A stretch of 64,000 nt of DNA, taken from NCBI GenBank assembly GCA_030429765.1, contig JAUIER010000012.1:32916-96915 (forward strand), in the 5' to 3' direction. Each line of letters opens with the position of its first letter. Positions within the stretch are counted from its first letter, which is position 1. Below, in pieces: positions 28,887 through 38,795 of this stretch. A program made the translations under genes and the position numbers. The notes beneath the pieces were generated by a model that did no database searches, was not told where the DNA came from, and saw nothing but the letters and a program-made list of their open reading frames with translations. Origin of the DNA: a bacterium (GTDB lineage: Bacteria > Omnitrophota > Gorgyraeia > Zapsychrales > Zapsychraceae).

Positions 28887-30542
28887 ATGGAAAAAAGACT
28901 TGTTATATCCTTTGTATTATCCTTTCTCGTCCTCTACATTTGGGCCAGTCTGGCTCCAAAATCCGATAATGTCCAATCTGAATTTTCCCGCGAAGCGGAA
29001 ACGATTCTTGAATCTGAGCAAATTACGGATCTAAAAGACGTTAAAGACCCCGCTTCACTTGGCTCAAGCATACCCACGGCATCACAATCTTCTAAAATCA
29101 TCGAGGAAAATTACACCTTAGAGAATGAACTTTTCATTTTGACGTTCTCTAATAAAGGCGGTAATCTCAAGAGCGTCTACCTCAAGGAGTATAAGACACT
29201 CCTGCCTGTAACAAATATCGTATCCCTTCCAGATTTTAACGCCTCGGAATTTTCTATTTCAAGTCAGACTGAAAAGCAGGTCATATTTGAGTATGTGTCG
29301 GAGGAATTAAAGATTGTGAAGATGTACACCATCCTCGAAAATGAGTACATCATTGATGCCGACATTAGCATTATCAATTTGCAGGAAATGTCCAAAAAGA
29401 TTTCAACGGAAATCAAGAGTTTCACGTTGAACATGGCCAACTTGGATAATGCCGGTAAGAAGCTCGAAGATGTTGATGAAAAGAAAGATGTCTCGGCGCA
29501 ACGTGACCGTGGTCTCAATGAGTATGTAATCAACAGTACTAAAGGAATCAAGCGCAAGAATAACGCATTTAAGTTTAGTGACAAGGATCGCGTGACAGGC
29601 GATGATCCCATCAATTGGCTGGGTTTCCGGAATCGATACTACACGGCGATCGTGGAGCCCAAGTTTGATAACATTGGACATTCTATAAAAAATATTGAAG
29701 AATCGAGTGCTGATTTTATCGTGCGAACCGAAGATTTTACATTGGCACCTCAGGAAGGTCGAACTTTCTCGACTCACGCGTTTGTTGGCCCAGAAAAAAT
29801 TGCTTTGCTTAAACAGTATGATTCTGGTCTTGAAGATATTCAGCGTTACTACAAATTCGGGTTATTTGACGGAATTGCCAAGATCATTTACAAGATGATG
29901 AATGTCATCCACAAGGTTGTTCCAAATTGGGGGCTTTGTATCATCATTATCAGCGTAATTATCTACTATTCGATGTATCCTTTGACGGCCAAGGGAATGG
30001 CCTCCATGCGTAGGATGCAGGCCTTGCAGCCGAAAATTCAGGCGCTTAAGGAAAAGCACGAGAAAAATCCACAGAAGCTCAATCAGGAAATGCTCGAGCT
30101 GTACAAGCGCGAAAAGATCAATCCATTGGGTGGTTGTCTACCGATACTGTTCCAAATGCCGGTATTTATCGGTCTCTATCAAGTGCTATGGCGTAATGTT
30201 GAGTTTAAAGGGGCGAATTTCCTATGGATCCAGGATCTGTCACGTCCGGACCGATTGTTTGTACTGGATTTCAGCCTACCGATCATAGGCAACGAAATAA
30301 ATTTATTGCCTTTGTTAATGGTCGTGATTATGTTCTTTCAGCAAAAATTTTCATCAAGAAATATGACATTAACCGATCCGGCACAGATTCAACAGCAGAA
30401 GATGATGATGATGATCATGCCAATCTTCCTTGGATTCATCTTTTACAAGTTTGCTAGCGGTCTGACACTTTACTTCACCATGTTCTACATTTTTTCAACT
30501 ATTACACAGTGGAAAATTTCACAGTCTCCTAAAGCAGCCTAG
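28887..30542 (+). CDS. yidC: Membrane protein insertase YidC
   Basis: NWGLCII, INPLGGCLPILFQMPVF, WIQDLSRPD, ASGLTLY. Confidence 0.96.
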   Translation: MEKRLVISFVLSFLVLYIWASLAPKSDNVQSEFSREAETILESEQITDLKDVKDPASLGSSIPTASQSSKIIEENYTLENELFILTFSNKGGNLKSVYLKEYKTLLPVTNIVSLPDFNASEFSISSQTEKQVIFEYVSEELKIVKMYTILENEYIIDADISIINLQEMSKKISTEIKSFTLNMANLDNAGKKLEDVDEKKDVSAQRDRGLNEYVINSTKGIKRKNNAFKFSDKDRVTGDDPINWLGFRNRYYTAIVEPKFDNIGHSIKNIEESSADFIVRTEDFTLAPQEGRTFSTHAFVGPEKIALLKQYDSGLEDIQRYYKFGLFDGIAKIIYKMMNVIHKVVPNWGLCIIIISVIIYYSMYPLTAKGMASMRRMQALQPKIQALKEKHEKNPQKLNQEMLELYKREKINPLGGCLPILFQMPVFIGLYQVLWRNVEFKGANFLWIQDLSRPDRLFVLDFSLPIIGNEINLLPLLMVVIMFFQQKFSSRNMTLTDPAQIQQQKMMMMIMPIFLGFIFYKFASGLTLYFTMFYIFSTITQWKISQSPKAA

Positions 30543-30544
30543 GT

Positions 30545-30733
30545 ATGAGTAATCCAGAAAGTAAGAGTTTTGAGTTTGAAGCATGCTCGGTTGACGAAGC
30601 TATTTCCAAGGCCTTGGATGCGCTAAAAGTCAAACGGGAAGAAATATCCGTCAAGGTTGTCAGCGAGGAGAAAAAGGGATTATTTGGCATGGAAGGTGCT
30701 AATCCAGCTAAAATCAAAGTTACGCTAAAATAA
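30545..30733 (+). CDS. Stand-alone Jag/EloR N-terminal domain protein (62 aa)
   Basis: SVDEAISKALDALKV...VKVVSEEKKGLFG...AKIKV is Jag_N; directly follows yidC; no KH or R3H domain. Confidence 0.85.
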   Translation: MSNPESKSFEFEACSVDEAISKALDALKVKREEISVKVVSEEKKGLFGMEGANPAKIKVTLK

Positions 30734-30793
30734 TCCCGAAAGTTCTTGATTTTTATTTTTGTTTGTAAGAGAATAGTTCCATAGTCACAGATT

Positions 30794-30809
30794 TGTTTCA
30801 CGTGAAACA
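30794..30809. promoter_or_regulatory. parS centromere site
   Basis: Perfect consensus palindrome TGTTTCACGTGAAACA immediately upstream of parA. Confidence 0.95.
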
Positions 30810-30836
30810 CAATTCTAACCCCCTACCCTCCATTTT

Positions 30837-31757
30837 ATGGCAAAGATAATTTCAGTTTGTAATCAAAAAGGTGGAACCGGAAAAACAACGACGGTTGTCA
30901 ATCTGGCTTCAGCTTTGGCTCAGTTAGGCAATCGTGTTTTGATCGTTGATGTTGATCCCCAAGGAAATGCCACCAGTGGCGTGGGTGTCAATAAGAGTGA
31001 GCTTAATAAAACGATTTACGAATTGTTGCTCAATCGGGCTACGGCTCGAGAGGTAATCCTCGAGAATGTCTATCCCAGTTTGGACATTATACCGTGTAAC
31101 ATCAATCTTACCGGGGCCGAAATAGAGTTGGTGGGTGCTATCGCCCGCGAAACCCGTCTGAAGAACGCGCTGGCTACGGTACAGGATCACTATGACTATA
31201 TTTTTACTGATTCGCCGCCTTCGCTTGGTCTTTTAACTCTTAATGCGTTAGTTGCCAGCAATTCTATTATTATTCCGATCCAATGTGAGTTTTACGCCCT
31301 TGAGGGTGTATCCCAGTTATTGAATACGTTGAATTTGATTCGCGAAGGTCTAAACCCTCGATTGTCGATTGAAGGTGTCTTGTTGACGATGGCCGACTAT
31401 CGAACGAATCTGACCAATGAGGTTATCACGGAGATCAAGTCCTACTTTAAAGATAAGGTGTACGAGACGATCATCCCACGAAATATTCGTCTGAGTGAGG
31501 CGCCTAGTCATGGTAAGCCGATCGCACTATACGATAGTAACTCGATTGGGGCCATTCGATACGCGGAATTGGCGCAAGAGGTATTAAGCGCCTCTCAGCC
31601 TCAATCTATCGTAACCTCTGAGAATCGGGTGGACGAAATATCAGATACAGAATCTACTACAGAAACGCCAACTGAACCTCAACCGGAAACACAGGCGGTT
31701 TCGGAATCAATTCAGGATGTACCTAAAGATCCGGTGAATCATGATAATGCAATATAA
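30837..31757 (+). CDS. parA: Chromosome partitioning ATPase ParA/Soj
   Basis: NQKGGTGKTT, DVDPQGNAT, QCEFYALEG, IPRNIRLSEAPSHG; acidic C-terminal tail. Confidence 0.96.
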   Translation: MAKIISVCNQKGGTGKTTTVVNLASALAQLGNRVLIVDVDPQGNATSGVGVNKSELNKTIYELLLNRATAREVILENVYPSLDIIPCNINLTGAEIELVGAIARETRLKNALATVQDHYDYIFTDSPPSLGLLTLNALVASNSIIIPIQCEFYALEGVSQLLNTLNLIREGLNPRLSIEGVLLTMADYRTNLTNEVITEIKSYFKDKVYETIIPRNIRLSEAPSHGKPIALYDSNSIGAIRYAELAQEVLSASQPQSIVTSENRVDEISDTESTTETPTEPQPETQAVSESIQDVPKDPVNHDNAI

Positions 31758-31787
31758 TGTTCAAATATTGAACAAAAGGAGTTGTTA

Positions 31788-32669
31788 ATGGATAATCGAG
31801 CTCTTGGAAAAGGGTTGTCAGCGTTGATTCCTGGTCACACAGAGACAGATGACCTTGACGATACACAGCGGGCAGCCTCCGCCGATGTTTTGACCGTCGA
31901 GACAAAGCTTATCAGCAACAATACCTTACAGCCTAGAATTGACTACGATGAAGAAAAATTGCTGGAACTGAAAAATTCTATTCGTGAACAGGGCGTGCTG
32001 CAACCGATCCTGGTTCGTGCCAAAGGTGATGGGTATGAGGTAGTAGCTGGAGAACGTCGACTCAAGGCCGCTCGATCGCTCAAGCTTGAGACCGTGCCAG
32101 TCATTATCAAGAATGTTACGGATAAAGAGGCATTAGAGATTGCGTTGGTTGAAAATATTCAACGTGAAGAATTGAATCCCATTGAGGAGGCCAAGGCTTT
32201 TCGTAAATTGATAGATGAGTTTCAGTATACACAAGAAGAAGTTGCTCAAGCCGTGGGTAAGGATCGCTCAACGATCACAAATTTATTACGTGTCTTGAAC
32301 CTGCCTGAGAATATTCAGCAAGGCGTGTTTGATGGTAAGATCAGTATGGGGCACGCCCGAACGTTGTTGGGGGTTGATTCACAAAATGAAAAGAACCGTC
32401 TGTTTGACTTGGTTGTTCAGGATGCATTATCGGTCCGTGAATTGGAAAATTTAGTCAAGGCGCAAGCGCCTCGGGATGCAGGACTTGGATCTCGACGGGT
32501 GAAGAAAGAAAAAACCAAAAATCATGAAATTATCGCCTTGGAAGAGGATCTGCAAAAGACCCTTGGTACCAAGGTTCGGGTGGATGCATCCAAAAAAAGA
32601 GGAAAGATTGTAATTGAATATTATTCGCTTGAAGACTTGCAGCGGGTGATTCAATTGATTCGCAAATGA
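31788..32669 (+). CDS. parB: Chromosome partitioning protein ParB/Spo0J
   Basis: LGKGLSAL, GERR, ENIQREELNPIEEA, HTH. Confidence 0.96.
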   Translation: MDNRALGKGLSALIPGHTETDDLDDTQRAASADVLTVETKLISNNTLQPRIDYDEEKLLELKNSIREQGVLQPILVRAKGDGYEVVAGERRLKAARSLKLETVPVIIKNVTDKEALEIALVENIQREELNPIEEAKAFRKLIDEFQYTQEEVAQAVGKDRSTITNLLRVLNLPENIQQGVFDGKISMGHARTLLGVDSQNEKNRLFDLVVQDALSVRELENLVKAQAPRDAGLGSRRVKKEKTKNHEIIALEEDLQKTLGTKVRVDASKKRGKIVIEYYSLEDLQRVIQLIRK

Positions 32670-33166
32670 AAGAAGCAGCACTCGTACTTATCAAGCCGGA
32701 CGGCATTAGCAAGGGATTGACTGGGGCCGTTTTTACCAAATTTTCACAGGCTGATCTGGAGATCATTGGGATCAAAATTGCCAAGGCCTCACGTCCATTG
32801 GTCGAGAAGCATTACGAGCATCTCAAGGACGAACCTTTTTTTAAAGGTGTGATAGACTACCTCATGGGTAAGGGCTATAAGCGTAAGAAGCTTTTGGCCA
32901 TTATCTATTATGGGGAAGGCGCCATTAAAAAATGTCGCAAAATCGCTGGTGTTACAAATCCTGAGGAAGCTCACCCCTTTAGTATCAGAGGATCCTATGG
33001 CCGGATTACGACCAAGGGGTTATATGAGAATGTTGTGCATGTCTCCTCGAGCCGCCGGGACGCCAAGCGCGAAATTCAATTATGGTTCGAACCCGCCGAA
33101 ATCACCCGCGAGTTGTATCCTGAAAACAAGATTGTAGAGCAAGAGAAGAAGCGAGTCTGGAAATGA
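32666..33166 (+). CDS. ndk: Nucleoside diphosphate kinase
   Basis: LVLIKPDG, HYEHLKDEPFF, SIRGSYG, NVVHVSS. Confidence 0.9.
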   Translation: MKEAALVLIKPDGISKGLTGAVFTKFSQADLEIIGIKIAKASRPLVEKHYEHLKDEPFFKGVIDYLMGKGYKRKKLLAIIYYGEGAIKKCRKIAGVTNPEEAHPFSIRGSYGRITTKGLYENVVHVSSSRRDAKREIQLWFEPAEITRELYPENKIVEQEKKRVWK

Positions 33167-33984
33167 TCAAGGGAATGACCGGATTTGGCAGCGCCGAATG
33201 TACGTCTGGAAACGTAAAGGCCATCATTGAAATCAAGAGCGTTAACCATCGCTACTTTGATATCAACTATTATCTGCCGATTGGCTTTGGGTCGTTGGAG
33301 CGAAAGATCCAGCAACTGATCCGCACGCAGTTGCAGCGCGGCCGTGTCACTCTCTCTATCAAGATCACCGAAAAACCCAGCAGCACCATTGTCCTTCACA
33401 AAGATGTAGTTAAAAAACATCTCACGTATGCCAAACAATTGAAACGTGAATTCAAACTTGATAATGATCTCACCTTGTCCGACATTATTCGGTTACCGGG
33501 GGTTCTGGAATCCAAAGAGACTTTGGTACATCCAGACAAGATATGGCCAAGCTTAAAAAAATCTTTGACCAAGGCCGTGACTATGCTTGAGCAGATGCGT
33601 AAAAGCGAAGGCCGGAGTTTATGCACCGATGTCGGTAATCAACTCAAGAAAATGTCAACCCAAATACGGATGATTCAAACCCGTTCCAGGGTGATCCTCA
33701 AAGACAAAAAAAGTAAGCTCACCGTAGAAGAATTTTCTTCGGTCCAGAAAAGTCTGGACATCAACGAAGAACTAGCACGTCTTAAACATTATATTCAGGA
33801 AGTCAAAGCCCTGCTGAAATCCAGTGTTCCCGTCGGGAAGAAGGTGGATTTTATTGCTCAGGAGATGCAGCGCGAAACCAACACCATTGGATCAAAGCTT
33901 CAAGACGGAGTGGTGTCTAATGCGGTGATCTCTATTAAAAGCAAGATTGAAAAGATCCGTGAGCAGGCCCAGAATATTGAATAA
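33163..33984 (+). CDS. yicC: YicC/YloC family endoribonuclease
   Basis: MTGFG, EIKSVNHRY, QEMQRETNTIGSK, EKIREQAQNIE. Confidence 0.93.
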   Translation: MIKGMTGFGSAECTSGNVKAIIEIKSVNHRYFDINYYLPIGFGSLERKIQQLIRTQLQRGRVTLSIKITEKPSSTIVLHKDVVKKHLTYAKQLKREFKLDNDLTLSDIIRLPGVLESKETLVHPDKIWPSLKKSLTKAVTMLEQMRKSEGRSLCTDVGNQLKKMSTQIRMIQTRSRVILKDKKSKLTVEEFSSVQKSLDINEELARLKHYIQEVKALLKSSVPVGKKVDFIAQEMQRETNTIGSKLQDGVVSNAVISIKSKIEKIREQAQNIE

Positions 33985-34036
33985 GCGCATCCTTTGGATA
34001 AATCAACATCGCCGGATGTTGTAAGCGGATAATTAA

Positions 34037-34600
34037 ATGAGTCGAGGCAAAATTATTATTTTATCGGGACCATCTGGATCCGGTAAAACCACCCTGTATC
34101 AAAAGCTTCTCAAAACCAACGCGCATCTCTCCAAATCCATTTCAGTGACGACCCGGTCCAAACGGCCGGGCGAGGTTCACGGTAAGGATTATTTTTTTGT
34201 CAGTCCAAAGATGTTTGAATACAAAATTCGTATGGGACATTTTTTGGAGTATGAGAAATTTTTTGGTAACTATTATGGAACACCCCGCCGTTATGTTTTG
34301 GATTTGTTGCGTAAAGGCCAGTCCGTATTACTTTGCATTGATGTTAAGGGGGCCGAAACGGTCAAAAAGAATCACCGGGAGGCGGTCCGTATCTTTATCA
34401 AAACGCCAACCATCCAGGATTTAAAGGATCGACTGCTCAAGCGCGGATCTGAGGACTTGGAAACCATTCAGAAACGTCTCGACCGGGTGGAAATGGAGCT
34501 CAAACAGGCCAGGCACTATGACTATGTCATTATCAATGCCAATCTGAACACGGCTCAGGGGGAGTTAAATCGAATTGTCCGGGAGATCACCGCCGGATAA
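34037..34600 (+). CDS. gmk: Guanylate kinase
   Basis: SGPSGSGKTT, SVTTR.KRPGE.HGKDY, NYYGTP. Confidence 0.96.
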   Translation: MSRGKIIILSGPSGSGKTTLYQKLLKTNAHLSKSISVTTRSKRPGEVHGKDYFFVSPKMFEYKIRMGHFLEYEKFFGNYYGTPRRYVLDLLRKGQSVLLCIDVKGAETVKKNHREAVRIFIKTPTIQDLKDRLLKRGSEDLETIQKRLDRVEMELKQARHYDYVIINANLNTAQGELNRIVREITAG

Positions 34601-34679
34601 ACTGTGGTTGGATATCCTAAACCTTAGAATGAGCTATATTTAAGGAAAATGGCCGCCAAAAATCAGCCGTAACTTTCTT

Positions 34680-34708
34680 TTGACAATCTTTCAAGGTTGT
34701 GATAAATT
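34680..34708 (+). promoter_or_regulatory. Putative rpoZ promoter
   Basis: TTGACA-N17-TAAATT. Confidence 0.5.
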
Positions 34709-34787
34709 ATTGCCCATTATATTTGAATATATAATAGGCATTTTTTATTAATATATACGAAGACCTGACTTTAGGAGGCAATCCCGA

Positions 34788-35048
34788 ATGGCTCAACAAC
34801 CCATAGAAGAACTTTTACCGAAGGCAAATTATAGTGTGTATCGTCTGGTTAGAATGGCTGCAAATCGTGCGTTGGAATTAGCTGACGGCAAGCCTCCGTT
34901 GATCAAAAATCCGGGTACGGATAAACTGACATCGATTGCGCTAGAGGAAATTTATCAAGGGCGAATTTTGACTCCGGAAGCCGCTGAAAATGCCGAAGAG
35001 CATCAGAAAAAGGCGGATATCGAAGAGAGCAAAGAGTCGGATGAGTAG
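34788..35048 (+). CDS. rpoZ: RNA polymerase omega subunit
   Basis: YRLVRMAANRA...IALEEI; gmk-rpoZ-coaC synteny. Confidence 0.92.
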   Translation: MAQQPIEELLPKANYSVYRLVRMAANRALELADGKPPLIKNPGTDKLTSIALEEIYQGRILTPEAAENAEEHQKKADIEESKESDE

Positions 35049-35053
35049 GTTTT

Positions 35054-35599
35054 GTGAGTAAAAAGTCCAGAGTTATTTTAGGAGTCACCGGCAGTATTGC
35101 CGCGTATCGTGCGGCGGATTTAACCAGGGGATTAATCGACAAGGGGTTAAGGGTTTCGGTGGTGATGACCAAGTCCGCCGAGCGTTTTATAACCCCTTTG
35201 ACTTTTTCCAGTTTAAGTGGTGAACGGGTTTACCGTTCGATGTTTGACAAGCAGAGTGATCCGTCTCAAATGGATCATATTGAGTTAGCGAAGTCAGCAG
35301 ATGTTCTTTTGATAGCACCCGCGACGGCTGATACCATTGCCCGGATCGCGGGAGGGTTTGCGGATGATTTGTTAGCATGTGTAGCCATGGGGACGCGGGC
35401 ACCGATCCTGATTGTCCCCGCCATGAACACAAACATGTACCAGAATCCAATTGTTCAGAGTAATATTCAGAAACTTAAGGATATTGGCGTAAAATTTATC
35501 GACCCCAAAAAAGGCAAACTGGCCTGTGGGGATTACGGTGACGGGCATATCGCGGACGAACAGACAATCATTGAGGCCGTACTTGACGTTTTGAAGTGA
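35054..35599 (+). CDS. coaC: Phosphopantothenoylcysteine decarboxylase (stand-alone CoaC)
   Basis: GVTGSIAAY, IAPATA, PAMNTNM, LACGDYGDG; no CoaB half. Confidence 0.9.
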   Translation: MSKKSRVILGVTGSIAAYRAADLTRGLIDKGLRVSVVMTKSAERFITPLTFSSLSGERVYRSMFDKQSDPSQMDHIELAKSADVLLIAPATADTIARIAGGFADDLLACVAMGTRAPILIVPAMNTNMYQNPIVQSNIQKLKDIGVKFIDPKKGKLACGDYGDGHIADEQTIIEAVLDVLK

Positions 35600-35605
35600 C
35601 ATTGC

Positions 35606-35677
35606 GGCGTGGTGGCCAAGTGGTAAGGCGGGGGCCTGCAAAGCCCTTATTCACCGGTTCGATTCCGGTCCACGCCT
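35606..35677 (+). tRNA. tRNA-Cys(GCA)
   Basis: GGCGTGG...CCACGCC-T; anticodon loop CT-GCA-AA; CCA not encoded. Confidence 0.93.
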
Positions 35678-35704
35678 TTTTTGTTCTGATACAATTGATT
35701 TGTT

Positions 35705-35787
35705 GGGCAAGTGGTGGAATGGCATACACGTTGGACTTAAAATCCAATGACCGTAAGGTCGTGTGGGTTCGACTCCCACCTTGCCCA
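35705..35787 (+). tRNA. tRNA-Leu(TAA)
   Basis: TTGGA-CT-TAA-AA-TCCAA anticodon arm; long variable arm; CCA not encoded. Confidence 0.93.
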
Positions 35788-35809
35788 CATTAGAGATTTA
35801 CAAAATTAC

Positions 35810-35886
35810 GGACCCGTAGCTCAGTTGGTTAGAGTACTACCTTGACATGGTAGGGGTCACAAGTTCGAATCTTGTCGGGTCCACCA
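35810..35886 (+). tRNA. tRNA-Val(GAC)
   Basis: GGACCCG...CGGGTCC-ACCA; CTACC-TT-GAC-AT-GGTAG. Confidence 0.95.
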
Positions 35887-35912
35887 TTTATCTAATTCCA
35901 ATAAAGGAGAAC

Positions 35913-36473
35913 ATGATGAAAAAATTGGGTATGACACTTGCCGTATGTGCGGCCTTAACCATTGCGGTTTCAAAACCGGCAATGGCGGATGAAGCGTCAC
36001 ACAAAAAAGCCACGGTTGATTTACTTAAACTGTTAAAGATTGATACACAAATCGGTGCGATGGTTGACAACATGAGAGAATCAGCCACGGCACAATTGGA
36101 CGCACAAAATTTCCCAGCCGAATTGGGACAAAAGTTTGAAAAAGTTATCAACAAGCAATTTGACCTGATCAATGACGAAATCGGATGGGACAAGATCAGC
36201 GGCGAGTACATCTCCCTATATATGGAAATGTTCACGGAAGAAGAAATTGTTCAGCTCAACAATTTTTACAAGACAGATTTAGGACAAAAATTGGTCGACA
36301 AAATGCCGGAACTTTTTGCCCGAGGGATGGAAATCGGCCAACGACGAATGATGTCAAAGCAAGTAGAAATCCAACAGACAATGGCTGAGGAATGGAAAAA
36401 TTTTGAGGCGTCCCTGACAGAAGAAGAGCGGGAACTGCTAGAGAAAAATTTGCCAGCAGGTTATGGACTATAA
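35913..36473 (+). CDS. Exported DUF2059 domain protein
   Basis: Signal peptide; LYMEMFTEEEIVQLNNFYKTDLGQKLVDKMP; SD AAGGAG before ATG 35913. Confidence 0.85.
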   Translation: MMKKLGMTLAVCAALTIAVSKPAMADEASHKKATVDLLKLLKIDTQIGAMVDNMRESATAQLDAQNFPAELGQKFEKVINKQFDLINDEIGWDKISGEYISLYMEMFTEEEIVQLNNFYKTDLGQKLVDKMPELFARGMEIGQRRMMSKQVEIQQTMAEEWKNFEASLTEEERELLEKNLPAGYGL

Positions 36474-38193
36474 GACAGACCTAGATAAACTCAGACATAG
36501 CTGTTCTCATATCATGGCTCAGGCTGTTCAGGAGCTATGGCCGGAAACCAAAGTCACCATTGGACCGGCGATCGATAACGGGTTCTATTATGATTTTGAT
36601 AAACCGGAACCATTTACCGATCAAGATTTGAAGAAAATTGAAAAGCGTATGCGCAAGATTATTGAACGCAAACCGGCGTTCAAGCAATCGTTCATGCCGC
36701 GAGAGGAAGCGATTCAGTTCTTTCATGATAAGAACGAGTCGTATAAAGTTGAGCTCATTGAAAACCTAAACGATGATCAAGTATCCATTTTTCACACCGG
36801 TGATGAATGGATGGATCTGTGTAAAGGACCGCACATCGAGAATGCGGGGGCCATCAAGGCTTTTAAGCTATTGTCGGTGGCGGGCGCTTACTGGCGCGGT
36901 GATGAAAATCGCGAACAGCTTCAGCGGATTTATGGAACGGCATTTGAGAGCAAAGAAGAACTGGATGCCTATCTGAATATGCTGGAAGAAGCGCAAAAGC
37001 GGGATCACCGTAAGTTAGGGCCGCAGTTAGACCTTTACAATATTTACCAGGAAGAAGCCGGCGCCGGGTTGATTTTTTATCCGCCGGCAGGAGCGACACT
37101 CCGCAATATTTTGGAGAATTATATCCGCGAGGAAAATTCCAAAAGGGGATATGAATTGGTCATGACACCGCATCTTCTGCGAGGCAAGCTTTGGGACCAA
37201 AGCGGTCACTCGGGGCATTATAAAGAGAACATGTATTACCTCGACATAGACAATGAAGAATATGCGGTTAAGCCGATGAATTGTCCAGGGCATAATTTGA
37301 TCTACAATTCGAAAGTCCGATCTTACCGTGAGCTTCCAATTCGATTTTTCGAATTGGGTACGGTATATCGTCAGGAGAAGGCCGGGGTTTTACACGGTTT
37401 GCTGAGGGTTCGCGGATTCACTCAAGATGATGCTCACATTTATTGCCGTGAAGATCAGCTCAAAGATGAGATCAAGAGTGTGATCGATTTTGTCTTTAGT
37501 ATCTCTAATGATTTTGGTTTTAAAGATATCGAGATTGAGCTGAGTACACAGCCGGAAAAATTTATCGGCGATCAAAAAAATTGGGATCATGCCACGGATA
37601 CACTTAAAGCCGCGTTAACCGAAAAAGATATTGAATTCAAGATCAATGAGGGTGACGGCGCGTTTTACGGACCCAAGATTGATTTCAAGCTCCGCGACGC
37701 CTTAAACCGCGAATGGCAATGTGCCACCATTCAATGTGATTTTTCATTGCCGGAGCGTTTCAATTTGACGTATGCGGATGATCAGGGCAATAAAGTTCGG
37801 CCGATTATGATTCACCGGGCGATCCTGGGAAGTGTGGAGCGTTTTTTAGGCACATTGATCGAACATTACGCCGGCGCGTTTCCAGCCTGGCTGGCGCCGA
37901 CACAGGCGATAATCATACCGATCAAGGATTCCCATGAGGAGTATGCCGCACAGCTTCGAGAAAATTTACAAAATCAAGGGTTTAGGGTTATAGTTGATCG
38001 CCGTAACGAAGGATTGGGCAAGAAGATTCGAGAGGGTACCATCAAGAAAGTCCCATATTTGCTTATTATCGGGGATAAGGAAATTGAGGAAAATAAGGTT
38101 GCGATAAGAAAGTATGGAAAAGGAGACATTGGATCTTTTTCCGTTGAGGAATTTATTCAAACATTAGAACAAGAAATACGGGATAAAAAGTAA
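36463..38193 (+). CDS. thrS: Threonine--tRNA ligase (short form, no N-terminal TGS domain)
   Basis: RHSCSHIMA, DLCKGPH, RDHRKLG, KPMNCPGH, HRAILGS. Confidence 0.97.
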   Translation: MDYKTDLDKLRHSCSHIMAQAVQELWPETKVTIGPAIDNGFYYDFDKPEPFTDQDLKKIEKRMRKIIERKPAFKQSFMPREEAIQFFHDKNESYKVELIENLNDDQVSIFHTGDEWMDLCKGPHIENAGAIKAFKLLSVAGAYWRGDENREQLQRIYGTAFESKEELDAYLNMLEEAQKRDHRKLGPQLDLYNIYQEEAGAGLIFYPPAGATLRNILENYIREENSKRGYELVMTPHLLRGKLWDQSGHSGHYKENMYYLDIDNEEYAVKPMNCPGHNLIYNSKVRSYRELPIRFFELGTVYRQEKAGVLHGLLRVRGFTQDDAHIYCREDQLKDEIKSVIDFVFSISNDFGFKDIEIELSTQPEKFIGDQKNWDHATDTLKAALTEKDIEFKINEGDGAFYGPKIDFKLRDALNREWQCATIQCDFSLPERFNLTYADDQGNKVRPIMIHRAILGSVERFLGTLIEHYAGAFPAWLAPTQAIIIPIKDSHEEYAAQLRENLQNQGFRVIVDRRNEGLGKKIREGTIKKVPYLLIIGDKEIEENKVAIRKYGKGDIGSFSVEEFIQTLEQEIRDKK

Positions 38194-38209
38194 TTACGGA
38201 GGTGTAGCT

Positions 38210-38728
38210 ATTAGAAAATTTACACGAGTTAATCAGCGTATTAAGGCCTCGGAAGTCCGGGTTATTGGACCGGACTCGGAGCAGTTAGGTGTAGTGGCAT
38301 TAAGCCGGGCCTTAGATTTAGCTCAGGAACATGATCTTGATCTGGTTGAAATTGCACCAACGGCCAACCCGCCGGTTTGCCGAATTATGGATTACAGCAA
38401 ATTTAAATACGATCAAGAGAAGAAAGAACGCCGAATCAAGAAAAATCAGCATGTGACGCATCTGAAACAAATTCGTTTGAAGCCGCATATTGGAGACGCC
38501 GATTATGAAATGAAGATGAGACAGGCCGCTGGTTTTCTTAAAAAGAAAGACAAAGTCAAGGCGAATATGTTTTTCCGCGGACGGGAGATGATGCACCGGG
38601 AACTCGGACGGGAAATTCTGGATCGCTTGATTGTTGATTTAGCGGAATTTGGAACACCGGAACGTGCTCCATCCATGGAAGGCCGGGTCATGTCGGTGCT
38701 TTTCAATCCGATATCCGATAAAAAATAA
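38210..38728 (+). CDS. infC: Translation initiation factor IF-3 (ATT start)
   Basis: SD GGAGGT then in-frame ATT-AGA-AAA...RVNQRIKASEVRVI; DLVEIAPTANPPVCRIMDY. Confidence 0.95.
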   Translation: MRKFTRVNQRIKASEVRVIGPDSEQLGVVALSRALDLAQEHDLDLVEIAPTANPPVCRIMDYSKFKYDQEKKERRIKKNQHVTHLKQIRLKPHIGDADYEMKMRQAAGFLKKKDKVKANMFFRGREMMHRELGREILDRLIVDLAEFGTPERAPSMEGRVMSVLFNPISDKK

Positions 38729-38795
38729 ATTTAGTTACAGCATAAATCATTGCGCGTTTTTATGCAGGAACGGTTTAGAGGGAGGAACCAAAATC

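Noticed and set aside
30529-30810. Minus-strand ORF starting MFHVKQ
   Set aside because: Well-known artefact of translating the parS palindrome; antisense to Jag_N
35596-35912. ORF 35596-35793 and the N-terminal extension of 35847-36473
   Set aside because: Both overlap tRNA-Cys, tRNA-Leu or tRNA-Val
38649-38795. Long N-terminal extensions in the track for rpmI (also pheS, ymdB, nqrF and the 2-hydroxyacid dehydrogenase)
   Set aside because: Downstream ATGs match the family N-termini, most with a better SD; the extensions overlap neighbouring genes or terminators
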